Made by a program: the position numbers and the translations under genes. Below the pieces are notes generated by a model that saw only the letters and a list, made by a program, of their open reading frames with translations, had not been told where the DNA came from and searched no databases. A stretch of DNA of 49,989 nt, filler included, from Jimgerdemannia flammicorona (Eukaryota), in NCBI GenBank assembly GCA_003990765.1. It is 2 parts of 2 records of this genome, joined end to end, with 100 filler letters (N's around TTAATTAATTAA, not from the genome) between each part and the next. Parts side by side here need not be neighbours in the genome. Positions count along the whole stretch, not along the records: positions 25,047 to 49,989 come from RBNJ01000903.1; 1 more part is not named here. One strand, given 5' to 3'. Of this stretch, positions 24,947-37,336 are shown in pieces; positions within the stretch are counted from its first letter, which is position 1; every line of letters begins with the position of its first letter.

Positions 24947-25046
24947 NNNNNNNNNNNNNNNNNNNNNNNNNNNNNNNNNNNNNNNNNNNNTTAATTAATT
25001 AANNNNNNNNNNNNNNNNNNNNNNNNNNNNNNNNNNNNNNNNNNNN
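24947..25046. other. 100-nt assembly gap containing an artificial TTAATTAATTAA linker
   Basis: N-runs flank an all-frame stop linker at 24991-25002. Confidence 0.95.
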
Positions 25047-27190
25047 ATGTGTTGATGATAAAGAAGCTCAAGCACTCCGAGAAATCCTGAACAATGATGA
25101 TGCAGACAAATATACCCAGTATTATCAATACTAACTGAAAGACTGCTATCTACTATAAGGACAGATTGTATATTCCAAACAATTGAGATCTCTGAAGGAC
25201 TATCCTATTTGAATCTCTTATAGCTGGAAATTTAGAATTTGATAAATACTATGAAGTTATTTCCTGAAACTTCTATTAACCCTATATGACAGATTAGCTA
25301 AAGACCTATATTACTTCTATGATACCTATCAATGTAACAAGTCCTCAATACTAGTAAAACCTGACCTACTCTATCTCATCTCAGTACTATCTGCCAATTG
25401 AGAACAAATCTCTATGGACTTTATTGTACAACTACTCTGAACCAAGAATGAGAAAGATGTAATTATTATCTTCATAGACAATTTCAACAAACAAGCCCAC
25501 TTTGTGCCAACTACTACTACTGCAATAGTACCAGATATAGTCATACTCTTGTTTGATAATATTTTCCACTATTATAATCTTCCCAAGATCATTATTAGTA
25601 ATCAAGATCTGAAATTTACTGGCCATTTTTGGAAAGTCCTACATGTATACCTTGGAACAAAACTTGTACTATCTACAACCTTTTATCTCAAAACTGATGG
25701 TTAAACTGAAAGAATGAATCAAACTCTAGAATAAATGCTAAAGAACTATGTCTCTTATAGATAAGATGATTGGTATGAACACTTTACTGTAGTTTAGTTT
25801 ACCTATAATAATAGCAAATAAGTCTCTCTTGAAATAACTTTGTTCTTTATCAATACTGGACAAAATCTAAACACCTCTCTGATACTTATCAGAACTACTG
25901 ATAAACCCTCTACTATTGAAGCTGTTGAAGAATTCCTACTCCAAATATACAACTTAAGTCAGATTACAATTGAGAATTTATTCTGAGCTCAAGAACAATA
26001 GTCACAGTATTTTAATCAGCATTACTGAGAAGAAACTTTTGATATCAGAGAAAAAGTTCTACTAGATATCTGAGGATACTAAGTTGACAACCTCAAATAT
26101 AGACTATCTATAAAGCTGAACAGCAAATTTATTGAACTATTTGAAGTTATTATACAAGTCTCTCCAACTTTCTACAAATTGGTACTACAAGATACTATTA
26201 AATTTACCTAGTCTTCAATGTCCAACATCTTAAGCAATATAATGAAAATGATGATGAGCTATTTCTGAACTAAACTGCAAAACTGCCTGCACCTGTCATT
26301 ATTAATGATCAAGAAGAATATAAAGTTGAACAAATTCTCAACAAATATAGCTACAAGAATCATCCAGAATACCTTGTCAAATAGAAAGGTTATCTGATCT
26401 ATAATGTAACATGGAAACCCAAGACCAATCTCCAGAATACCACAGATCTAGTTTAAGAATATAATTCTTTGAACAACTGAAACCTGAATACTCCAGTACC
26501 TATCAGTCTATACTATATATTACCCCTTCCAAACATTAAGTACTCTTATAATTATCATAAATAAAATCAAGAACTCAGCAAGCCAAGATAGAAGAATACC
26601 AACCCTCTAGAAAAATAGCAAAACTGAAAGCAATCTATTCTCTCTGCACCACTGGTGAGAAATAAGATATAGATATTTAAGAAGATTTCTTAGAGAAAAT
26701 TCTCTAGTAGTAAATAATATCAGAATCACTTCTGGTATAAAGCATTAAATATATGACTCTTTAATATATAAATTCAATATATTAGGCAACTATACTACAA
26801 GTATACCACTTTCTGAGAAAAATAAATATTATCAGACTTTTGATCATCTAAATAATATAACAATACTAGATCAAATTTAGAAGACCTCAATAAGAATGTT
26901 GAAAGCTAAGAAGGAGAGAGTTGTAAGCATACAATCTCCAAGCCACTAAAATCACACATCACCCTCAGAACAAATTAGGAAATTATATATAAGATCATGA
27001 AGCTGAGTCAAACTGAAGTTATAGAGCACAAAGCTGAGTCAACTCAAAGTTATAAAATACAAGATTACAAAAACAGAACCTTACTAATTAGGACCAAATA
27101 TATATATACTAAGTACTTAGATATATTGAAATGAAGAACTATAACAAACCAAACAAATAACTATAACTCTTGAATATATATATAAACATG
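25047..27190 (+). mobile_element. Decayed copy of family A/B: integrase, chromodomain, PPT and first ~270 bp of 3' LTR
   Basis: Colinear with 41963-43430. PPT at ~26908-26921 and LTR start TGTAAG at 26922. Confidence 0.88.
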
Positions 27191-30100
27191 ACAATATATG
27201 GGTCAAGAATACTATCTCCATCACTATTGGAGTCATTGTGGGAGAAATCAAAAGATGCCCTATCTGTCTCAAGAGTCACAAGTACTCTGAGCACTCTTTC
27301 AAGATTATTGGAACAAGGAATTTGTCTGGTACAGCTTGCCCTGAGTATAGAAGGAAGAAGAAGAAATGCAGACATGTTTCTAAAATACCTACAGCCAAAG
27401 CTGCAGAAGTATAAGCAATTTGGGGTCAAGAACTATCTGAGGAAACAGAAGCACCAGACTAAGAAGTTCTTGAACAAGAAGCTTCAGAAGAAGAAGAGAT
27501 CTCTGAACTCATTCTCTGAAATGACTCCCACTAGATACTACCTGAAGATAATGACCCTTGGAATATGGAAGAAGGACCCAGCATAATTCCCATTATTTTC
27601 AAGAAAGAAACTTACTAAAAAAGGGCTTTTTGGCTAGGAAGATGTCTATACCAAATAGTCTTCCACTCTCTCTAAGACTACTACTATTAATACCATCTAT
27701 TAGACCAAAAGGAGAGACAGAGATCCCAGAGACCAGAACCTCCAAATATAGTCATACAGTCAACTACATTCTAAGAAGTTACCACCAAGTTGCAAAGTCA
27801 ATTCAGAGGATAAGGTCTCTTCACCCAAACAGAAGTATACCCCTTATCTACTCTTCCTCCAACTTATGATCAAAATGGATACTGATTCCAAAGATAATAA
27901 GATATCAACAACTGGAAATATTATTTCTAAGCAATGGAATATTGTAAATATAAGAGACATCCAGACTACTGAGACTGCAGACATTAGAAGATTCACCTCA
28001 GTCATGATGTTGTGATCCATATCTTGAAGAGAGGAGATAACAGAGACCAGATCTGAAAAAGCCAGACCAAGAAGCCAGGAAGAAGGATCCTCAAGATCCA
28101 TAATTTAGGAGAAGACATTCTAGCCCTCATCAAATATACAACCTGTCAAGGATGGATAGAGAATGTCACCAACTTTATGAAAGCCCTAGACCCTATAGGA
28201 AGAAAAAGAATCAACTATCTCTGAGACCCCTCTACTGAAGCCAAGTGGCCACACCTCAATCTTAGAGCCTAGAGACTCACTGTTAGTAGAGCCTCAGCCC
28301 AAGGATAGCCTGAACTCAGTAAGGATATTGCTCAGTATGTCCTGCTATATCTCAAGGCCAAACCCTCAACCAAAGCCCACCCAGAGGACATAGAATATGA
28401 TCTTCACAGTCTGGAGGATGAATCTATTAAGCCTGGAAAAATATTCATGATCAGAACCAGACTAGCTATACAGCTATCTTAAGGAACTTACATCTAACTG
28501 ATCTCAAGGTCTGGACTTGTCAGATAAGGAAATAACCATAAAAGAAGAAACTATTGACCCAGAATATACAGCTGAAATCAAGGTCATCCTATACAATAGC
28601 AGTACAGAATGGTACTGAATTATCAGAGGACAGAAGATTGCTGAAGTAGTCTTCATGAAGGTCAAGATCTCACAATTACAAGAAGTCTCTGAACTGACCA
28701 AAGGAATAATATAAGTCAAAGGATTTAGGAGTTCAGATAAGAAGGAAGTATATCTCCTTCAAGTCAACCACCTCAAGAGGAATGTTCTCCAGCAAGTGTA
28801 CCACCAACTAGTCAAACTGTACAAAAATCTCATTATGGAGCCTAGAGAACAAACCACCTTTGAAATCTTTGCACCACCTGACCCCAGAAACCTTTTCTTT
28901 GAACCCAATGAAGATATCCTATATCTGAATATAGAAGGATATATATTCCCTAATAAGATGAACCCAGTATATTCCTGAGCAATCAACCAAAGTTGGGAAA
29001 CTATCATCTTGCCAAAAGGAACCATCATAGGGCATCTGGTGCCTTTTCTCAACTGAACTCATAGAGAAGTTTATGAACTAAACTTATCAGGAAATGGCAA
29101 AAGGTCCCAGAAGAAAGGAAAGGCCCCTTTGTGATCCAGAAGACAATGAAACCTTCCACCAATATTGAAGAAGAATTAATATCCCAATAATGGCAACAAC
29201 TAGTAGAACTCCTCAATAAATATCAAGATATCTTCACTACCAATTATGGCAACCTACCATACAACTCATTATATAAATACAGAAAATACAACACCCATCT
29301 GGCAGAAACCCTATAGAATACCCCATCATTTAAAGACATTTGAAAAAGAGTACATTCAAGAACTCCTGAACAATGGAGTCATCTGATCCTCAACTAGCCC
29401 TTGGGCCAGTCCTATACTTATTGTATCAAAGAAAGGAGGATGGAGACTCTATATAGATTACAGAAAACTCAATTCAGTTACTAAAAAGGATGCCTATCCT
29501 TTACCCAGAATTGATGACCTTTTGGACCAGTTACAAGATACTAGATACTTCAGCAGTATGGACCTTTCACAAAATTCCATAAGATCTTCATAGACCTCAA
29601 AGACATTCAAAAGATGGCCTTCCTTGCTCTAGAAAAACTGTTTGAATATCTCTAAATACCCTTTGGACTTTGCAATATATCCCTCACCTTTCAGAGGATG
29701 ATGAATTCAGTTTATGCTCTCTTGATCCATACTACCTAATTATATATATAGATGATTCCAATATCTATTCAGCAAATTTTGAAGAACACCTACACCACCT
29801 AGAGGAATTCTTCAAGCTCACCTATAAGAACCACTTGAGACTGAATACAAAGAAATGCTACTTTGGAAAACAAAAACTTGAATTTCTTAAATTCATAGTT
29901 TTGAAAGAAGAAACCTATACAGATCTAAAGAAAACCAAGAAGGTCAACAACTAGCCAGGATCTAAGACTCTGAAGGAAACACTATAATTTCTAATACTAG
30001 TATCTTACTACAGAAGGTTTATCAAGGACTTCACCCAAATTGCTACTCTAATCCAAATCCTTTTCAAGAAAGGAGTACCTTACAAATAGACAGAATTATA

Positions 30101-30290
30101 AGAGAAAGTCTTCAAAGAACTCAAGAACTACATGACTATAGCACCAATCCTTATGTGCCCCAATCTACAGAAGTCATTCATCTTGCACTAATAATATTCA
30201 GATAATATAAGACTCAGACAACACTTTCTGCAATGTTTTTGATAAAAAGAAACTATCAACATAGATAGCAATAAGTATACTAGTGAGTAT
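27190..30290 (+). mobile_element. Decayed copy of family C pol (Cys-rich region, dUTPase, RT, start of RNase H)
   Basis: 27190-27385 matches 48843-49035. RT motifs [46 protein letters not shown] and YIDD (~29745). RNase H start PNLQKSFILH (~30160). Confidence 0.88.
28325..28740 (+). pseudogene. dUTPase domain of family C
   Basis: KAHPEDIEYDLHS...LISRSGL...TIDPEYTAEIKVILYN...GQKIAEVVF...KGFRSS, i.e. decayed motifs I-V. Confidence 0.82.
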
Positions 30291-30294
30291 ATTG

Positions 30295-33200
30295 GCCAGA
30301 GAGACAGCAGTGTCTTTGGCTGGTAGTAGGTTAGGAGAAGGTGAGGAGATGGTTTGGGAATGCTGGAGCCCCCTATAGTGGATTGTGATATAGATAGTAA
30401 TGGTAGAGATAGACTGAGGCAATAAGGAGGATGGAGGATAACCTTTGCTGATAAGGTCAAGTTGGGGAGGATGGCATCTGGTCTGGATAGTTGGCTGAGA
30501 CTGGAGAAGGCATTGACAGCTTCAGCTGGGGGACAGAGAGGGGCCCCCATAGGAGGGTTGAGCAGTAGGGAGGGGGGGAGCATAGGGGCAGAAGATATGA
30601 CTGCTAATGGAGCTGTGACTAGAGATCTGAAAAAAAATCCAGATGTGATAATGGTTAGCAGATCAGAACAGGGGGTGGGTATGAGGCCTGGGGACCTAGC
30701 AGATGGCATAACTGGTATAGTGTCAGCACTATTACTCAAAAAGTCAAGGTCTGAATTTGTTATTATATTGTGCTTCCAAGGCTTAGTGGTAACTATGAGG
30801 ATAATTTTAGGGCTAGTGATACAAGAGGTGAAGGGGGCAGCTTTGGTGAAGTTTTTGAAGAGAAAAGAAGGGGTCGAGATTGGATTTGAGAAAGAGGCAT
30901 CATTGTTGGAGGTGGTGGAGAAAGGGATAGTAGTGGATGGAGTGGTAGTTCCTATAGTAAGGTATATATACTGGGACCCCTAAGTGGTACAGTTGATGGT
31001 ATTGAATTTTCTCATGGTGTCAAGGGAGAGAGTCAGGGAGCTGATTGTGGAGGAGATTAAGAGATATAGGGAGATTGTGGATATTGGGTTCTGAGTCTGG
31101 GAGAGTACTGAACTCTGAACAGGAGATATTGATATCTGGGTGAGGCTGGCTGGAAAGAAGAATACAGAGAAGATGAGGGACTGGCTAGTGACTCTTAAGT
31201 GAGGACCAGTTGAATGCAAGGTCTTGCAGGTGAAAGAGATGATAGAGGAAGAGAAGGACTTGCTAGAGGCTCTTGAAGATCTGGCAGGAGCAGTAGAGAG
31301 GAGAAGATTGGCTTGAAAGAAGTATGAAGCCAAGACAGTAGTGGAGATTGTAGATGGAAAGAGGGTCAGAATAGACCAGGTGGTCTAGGAGAAGGTACAG
31401 GGGAGACAAATTCAGAAAAAGCTACTAGAGAAGTTGGGAGGTGGTGGAGTGAGCAGTGGTACAGGAGAAGGTGGTGTGGAATTGAGGGAGAGTATCTGGG
31501 CTGGAAAGCACAGGATGGCTCAAGGTGTGGCCCAAGATGAATTGAGTGAGGAGGGACAGGGTGGCATGGTGGAGGATGCTGAAATGGGTGAGGAAGTATA
31601 CCCTTGATATGAGGTCTCATGTGGGGTAGATGGTGAGAAGAAACTATAGGATGTACTGAAGGAGGAGTGGGATAAGTCAGTGAGGAGGAGCACTTTGATA
31701 GACCCTGTGGTGGGGGTCAAAGGGGTCATCCAGAGTATTGTAGAGGCATTGGATGAGGAGAAGTGGCTGTGAAAGACTCTGGAGGGAGTGGTGGCTGAGG
31801 AGCTGGAGGGGGGAGAACTTCCAGGTTATGGGTAATAGATACTAGGAGAAAATTCTACAGGGTGAGGAGGTGCTGAGAAAGGTTAGAAATGAGATCCTAG
31901 CAGTACTCTTGGAATCAGTTGAATATCAAGTAGATGATAAGAGAGAGGAGGAACTTCAAGTGATTGCAAATGACTAGGCAGCATACTTGTGAGGTTTGAG
32001 AAAGAGATTGAAGAAGTGGAGAGTAGTGTGTATAGATTATCAGATAGAAATAGAGGTGGTGGATAGGATAGAGTGTTAGGAAATCTTGGAAGCACTAGAT
32101 GCTCAGGCTGTAAGGAAAGATAATTTAGAAGTAGAGCAGTACTTATATCTGTCTGGTGATGAGATGAATATAGAATACTAGACTGGGCTCTCAATATCAA
32201 ATATTATTCAATATGAACAGTAAAACTAGAATCTTCTCTTTGAATATGAATGGGTTGAGGGGAGTGGTATGGTAAAGGAATGTATTTGATTGATTGAAGA
32301 GACTGGATGCAGATCTCTTCGTACTATAGGATGTGTGATATGAGGTAGATGTGGACTTACAGAATTGGACTAGAGAATGGGGTAGGGTAGCTATATAAAC
32401 TGGATGGGTGGGCATTCTGATTAGAAAGGGGATAGGGGATATTAGTGATATTGGACATTGGGGGAGTAGGTTGGTGTGGGGAGTATAGAAGAGGCCTGAG
32501 TGGAATCCTTTGACTATTGGGTTGTATTATTGTCTAGCAGAGAGGGGGGAATATATATATTGGATCAGAGACTTGAGAGAGACTATGTTATGGAAGAGGC
32601 AGAGATTGATTGCCTTGGGGATGATTTCAATATAGTATATAACATTGTAGTAGACAGGACTGATAGCAGGAGAGGAATGAGGGACAGAAGTGGTGGATTG
32701 GATGATTAGATGGAGATGGAGAGGTTGAGTTCCTTGGTTGACTCAGGGCAATAGTTTTGGGAGAATTGCTGAATTTATACTCATTGGATGACAGAGCTGG
32801 GCTCTAGGATTGACTGGGCATTAACAGTGGAGTGCTGGAGAGTGAATATCTAGGATATGCTGGAGGTAGTTTGGTGCCTATGGTCAGATCACTGGGGTCT
32901 AATAGAGAGTGGGAGATTTGAGAGAAGTGGGGATGGGCCTGGACATTGGTAACTGAATTCTTCTTTGCTGGAGGATAGTTCTCTATGGATAGACTAAAAG
33001 GTAGAAGCTATTGAGAAGATTGATAGATAGTAGGAGCAGGGACTGATAATTGGAGATTGATGGTGGAGGCTGAAATTGAGTGCTCAGAGATACTGGAGGA
33101 AGGCAGGGAAAGAAAAGAGTGCTCAGTGGTGATAGTGAGTATAATGAGCTTTATAGTAATTAGCAGTACTCCTGGAGAGGTGGGTGAGATTGCTAGAGGA

Positions 33201-35274
33201 TTGAGAGGTGGCTGACTAGCATATTCTATAGATTCAAAAGGAAGTTAATAAGCTTATAGAAGTGTTATAAAGAAAGGAAGAGGTTAAGCTGAAGGAGATA
33301 GTGGTGAGGTTGTAGTGGTAGGTGTTGGAGGAGGGAGAGAGGCCCACTTGATTTTTATCATAATTGCTCCAAGCATAGAGAACTAAACAGCAGTGGGATG
33401 GTATTTTGGATAAGAACAGTGAGATGGTGGCAGAGACTCCTACAATTCTGAGATTGCTACAGACTCACTGGGAGAACTTATAGAGTAATGAGGAGAGAGG
33501 TGAGGATGCTCTGAACATTAAGCAGCAGTTAAAGAATTGGTATCTAGACCCAGCACTGGGCCTGGAGATACTGGGAGGTCTGGTGAGGGGGGAGGAAGTG
33601 TGTAAGGTTTTGGCTTCAACAAGTAAGGGGACTGCTCCAGGAGAGAATAGACTACTCTAGGATTTTTGGAAGAAGATAGCTAGAGTAGAGGTGGTTCTGG
33701 AAGAGATGATAGTGATGTATGATGAGATACTTAGATCTGGAACTTGGATTGGGGGCCAGTGTCTAGGGCTGGTCTCCTTGCTCTATAAGAATAAGAGAAG
33801 AAGAGAAGATTGAAAGAACTGGTAACCAATCATACTCCTCAATATAGACTGTAAGCTGGTGACAAAGATCTTAGTGACTAGGCTATAGGAGATTACTTAG
33901 CAGATATTAGGGGAGAAGCAGAGGGGATTTATTAGTGATTAGTTAATCCACAATAGAACTGCCTGGATCTATAGGGTGATTGAAGGGGCATGGGCAGCTG
34001 GGGTTAATGGATAACTAGTATTTCTGAATCAGGAGAAGGTATATGATAGAGTGAGGAGGTCTGGTTGGAGGGAGTGCTGAAATGTATGAGAGTTCCCCCA
34101 GAGTTTGGGAGGTCATTGATCAGTCTATTGGAGAACAGTTAAGCAGTACTGATAGTAAATGGGCACAGGAGTATGACTTTTCTGCTAGATCAGAGGGTAC
34201 TACAAGGAGATCCTTTGTCACTTATTCTTTACACCCTTTTCTTGGAGTCCCTGTTGGATAGGATCTAGTGTTGAGTTGGGGGTTTGAACATTTTGAAGAT
34301 TAACTGGAAGGTTGGGGCTTTTGCAGATGATATAGTAGTTGGACTGAGTTTATTAGGGGATGTGGAGGAATTAAGGAGGACAGTGGAGTAGTATGAGAGA
34401 GGATCTAGTACTTGACTCAACTGGCACAAGTATGAGACTATGGTGCTAGATAATGGAATAGTTAGTAGTGAAGTGATTGGAACAGTGGTTCCAGCAGAAG
34501 AACCAGTCTAGTACTTAGGAATATACTTTTTGGTATATCAGTCTCTTCTGTTCTGTACTTGGTGAGAAAGGTAGCTACTTGTGTGGGGGAATGTTCTCCT
34601 GCAGTGGGGTGGTCAGCATATATCCTTGGCAGAGAGGATGATGGTACTAAATATATATTGGCTGCCAAAGTTGTAGTATGTGGGGTATTATCTGGACTTT
34701 CTGGCATGGGTGGTCAGACAACTTCTGAAGATAGCAAGATTATGGATTTGGGCTGGATGGCAAAGTCAGATAGGCTGAGAGGTTCTCACTCTGCCTGTTG
34801 ATAAAGGCAGGCTGGGCTTGATAGACTTTATCAAGCATCTTTATTGTCTATAAGTATAGTGGCTGAAGAGAGTGAGCAAGTTGAGGGGCCAAGAGTGGGT
34901 GCCACTCATACAGAGGTTGTGGGAGGTCTGGTATTCTCCTCATAGAGTGATGGATGACCTACTTGCAATAGTGGCTATAGATGGGAGCAGGAGGATATAT
35001 TACAAAGGCTTTTGGTGAGAAGTAGTGGATAGTGTAAGGAGGATTGGACTTTGGTGAAGGGGTGATGAGGGGAAGGAAGGCTGGAGATCACCGATGTAGA
35101 GATGAGACCAGCTACTACTAGAAGGTATATTGGTGGAGAATTTTCAGCTTAGTGATGGAATGGAATATATGTAGGGGCTTGGGGGGGACATATGGCCTGA
35201 AGCATGGCAAATAGTGGAGATTGGTGAGGAGTGGGATTGGAATAGTGTTTGGTCTTGGAGTAAGTAGGCAATGC
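30295..35274 (+). mobile_element. Near full-length decayed L1/Tx1-like LINE (ORF1; ORF2 with APE endonuclease and RT), cut by element B
   Basis: ORF1 is homologous to 49119-49989. Endonuclease start SLNMNGLRG (~32236) and GDDFN/WSDH motifs. RT motifs NIDCKL, VLQGDPLS (~34200) and AFADD (~34320). Start is approximate. Confidence 0.88.
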
Positions 35275-37336
35275 TGTAAGCACACAACCTCCAAGCCACT
35301 GAAATTACATGTCACCCTCTGAACAAGCCACTGAAATCACATATGACCTCTGAACAAATCTGGAAATCACCTGCTTGATCATGAAGCTGAGTCAAACCGA
35401 AGTCACAGTGCACAAAGCTGAGTCAATATGAAGTTACAGAATACAAGATTTACACAAATGGAATCTTACCAATCAGGATCAAATGTATATATACCGAGCA
35501 CCGAGATATGTCAAATCAGAGAACCAAAACAAACAACAACTACAACTTCCAAACACACAAACATGACCACTGAGATCTATACTCATATCCGCGCTGACAT
35601 TTGGAATGCTATTTTCAACTGAGCCACACCCCCTCTACCCCTCATGAATATCCATAGCCTAGCACCCCTCTACTTCGTGGAAGCCTGATGGAATGCTCTG
35701 AACATACTTAGCAAGGCCCACTGAATTGGACAAATCTCAAGCTACTACCAGATCAGCTGCCTCCTAGAAGATATGATTGAACACCACCATGATATAGACA
35801 TCACCCAGATGTCTCAACACCAGAAGCTTATCACCCGCAAACATCGAGAACTCTTCTATCAGTATAGCACCATTATTCTCTACCTCTGAGTTACCACAGC
35901 TGAAATGGTTGCTACCCTGTCCTATGGCCAAATCGATGACATGATACAAGAACTCAACCACAAGTACCTCAAGTATATCGAAACCACAGACAGAACCTTC
36001 CCACACCCCAATGATCATATCCTGCAAATGCCCCAAGTTGGATATGCCATGAAGGACATCTATGATATAATCCACTTCAATGAAGATGAAGCAGAAGACA
36101 ATGATCCCTCTGACACCAACATGACCTCTAGCCAAGGATCTCTACCAACCCTGATCACACTACCAACCTTGCTGATGAACTTACAACAATTCATAACAGC
36201 ATATGAGACTTATTGGGACAATGACCACTGGTATGAATACTAACCTGCATTCACTCCTGATTACTTCAACTACAATGAAGAGACTGGAGAACACAACCTG
36301 TACCTCCAGACAACCCTCGAGATTGAATCAACCACTCTACCACCTGAGTACAAGCAACATGAACTACAGCCCCCAGCTTACTACAACCCCACAACTCATA
36401 GTGCTGTAACCTACAGAAGGTATGCAGATAGCGAATCTGATGAAAGTGAAGATGATGTACCCCTCCTCCACCCACCAACACCTTATCTAGCATATGAGAC
36501 AGATGATGCTATTCTGTGGGATGGTGATGAAGTTCCAATGTATTATTACCTCAGTGAATAAGGAGAAGTAATCTGCGAACCACTCTTCCTAGATGACTAC
36601 TTTATCAGAGATAATGCAATTGATGGTGATGTCATCAAAGACTACCCAGACAGTGCCTAAACCTATAAATAGTCTAGCAGTCATAGTATAGTTAGATTAG
36701 CCTTGTACAATATGACTGTGAACTGACTCAGCAGTCAGATGATCCCTTGATATATCAGATCACTCTTGTACTATATGACTGCATTCCGACTCAGCAAGGC
36801 ACTTAGTGCTACATCCATATTCAGCATAGTCCAGATAGCCCCTCACTAGTATATATACCCCCTCTCCCAGACCTCAGAATCTCAGACTCAAACACACAAG
36901 AACATTCCTGAATATTTCTCCACAATATCCCTTCACACAACTACTCTTAGTATAGCAATATCATAAATAGCAAATAAACCTATTCAATAACTACAAACCA
37001 CCCTTAAGTAAATCTGCTACCCATTAGGTCCCACTCCTAACCCCACTATGAAATTTCCTAATTGGGTATTGTCTGCAGCAATACGCCAATTCAACTAAGC
37101 TGGTCTTAGTTTCTTGAACTTCCTGAAATATGGAAAATCCTGAACATCCAGAACTAGTCTGAAAAAGGACTTTGGTTGAGACATCAACCCGATCTTGAAA
37201 TTAATAAGTATAGAGGATATACTCTATATGAAATTGATCTTGACCATAAGAAAACAGTCTTCCAGAATATCCAGAACTTCCAGAAAACCCTTCCAGAACT
37301 ACATAACAGCTACCCTAAAAAAGTAACCCTCTTACA
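35275..37336 (+). repeat. Element B 5' LTR (2062 bp)
   Basis: TGTAAG/CTTACA termini. TATA-like CTATAAATA at ~36664. The first 1.27 kb is repeated at 43632-44900. Confidence 0.92.
35563..36660 (+). pseudogene. ~365-aa ORF in U3 of element B, unknown product with acidic C-terminal half
   Basis: Single frame MTTEIYTHIRADIWNAIF...DGDVIKDYPDSA*. Most stops are sense codons in the other LTR copy (e.g. TGA 35620 vs CGA, TAA 36241 vs CAA). Confidence 0.75.

Noticed and set aside
24991..25002. TTAATTAATTAA palindrome
   Set aside because: Artificial linker inside an N gap. It also means adjacency across the gap is uncertain, so the phosphatase gene should not be called TE-disrupted.
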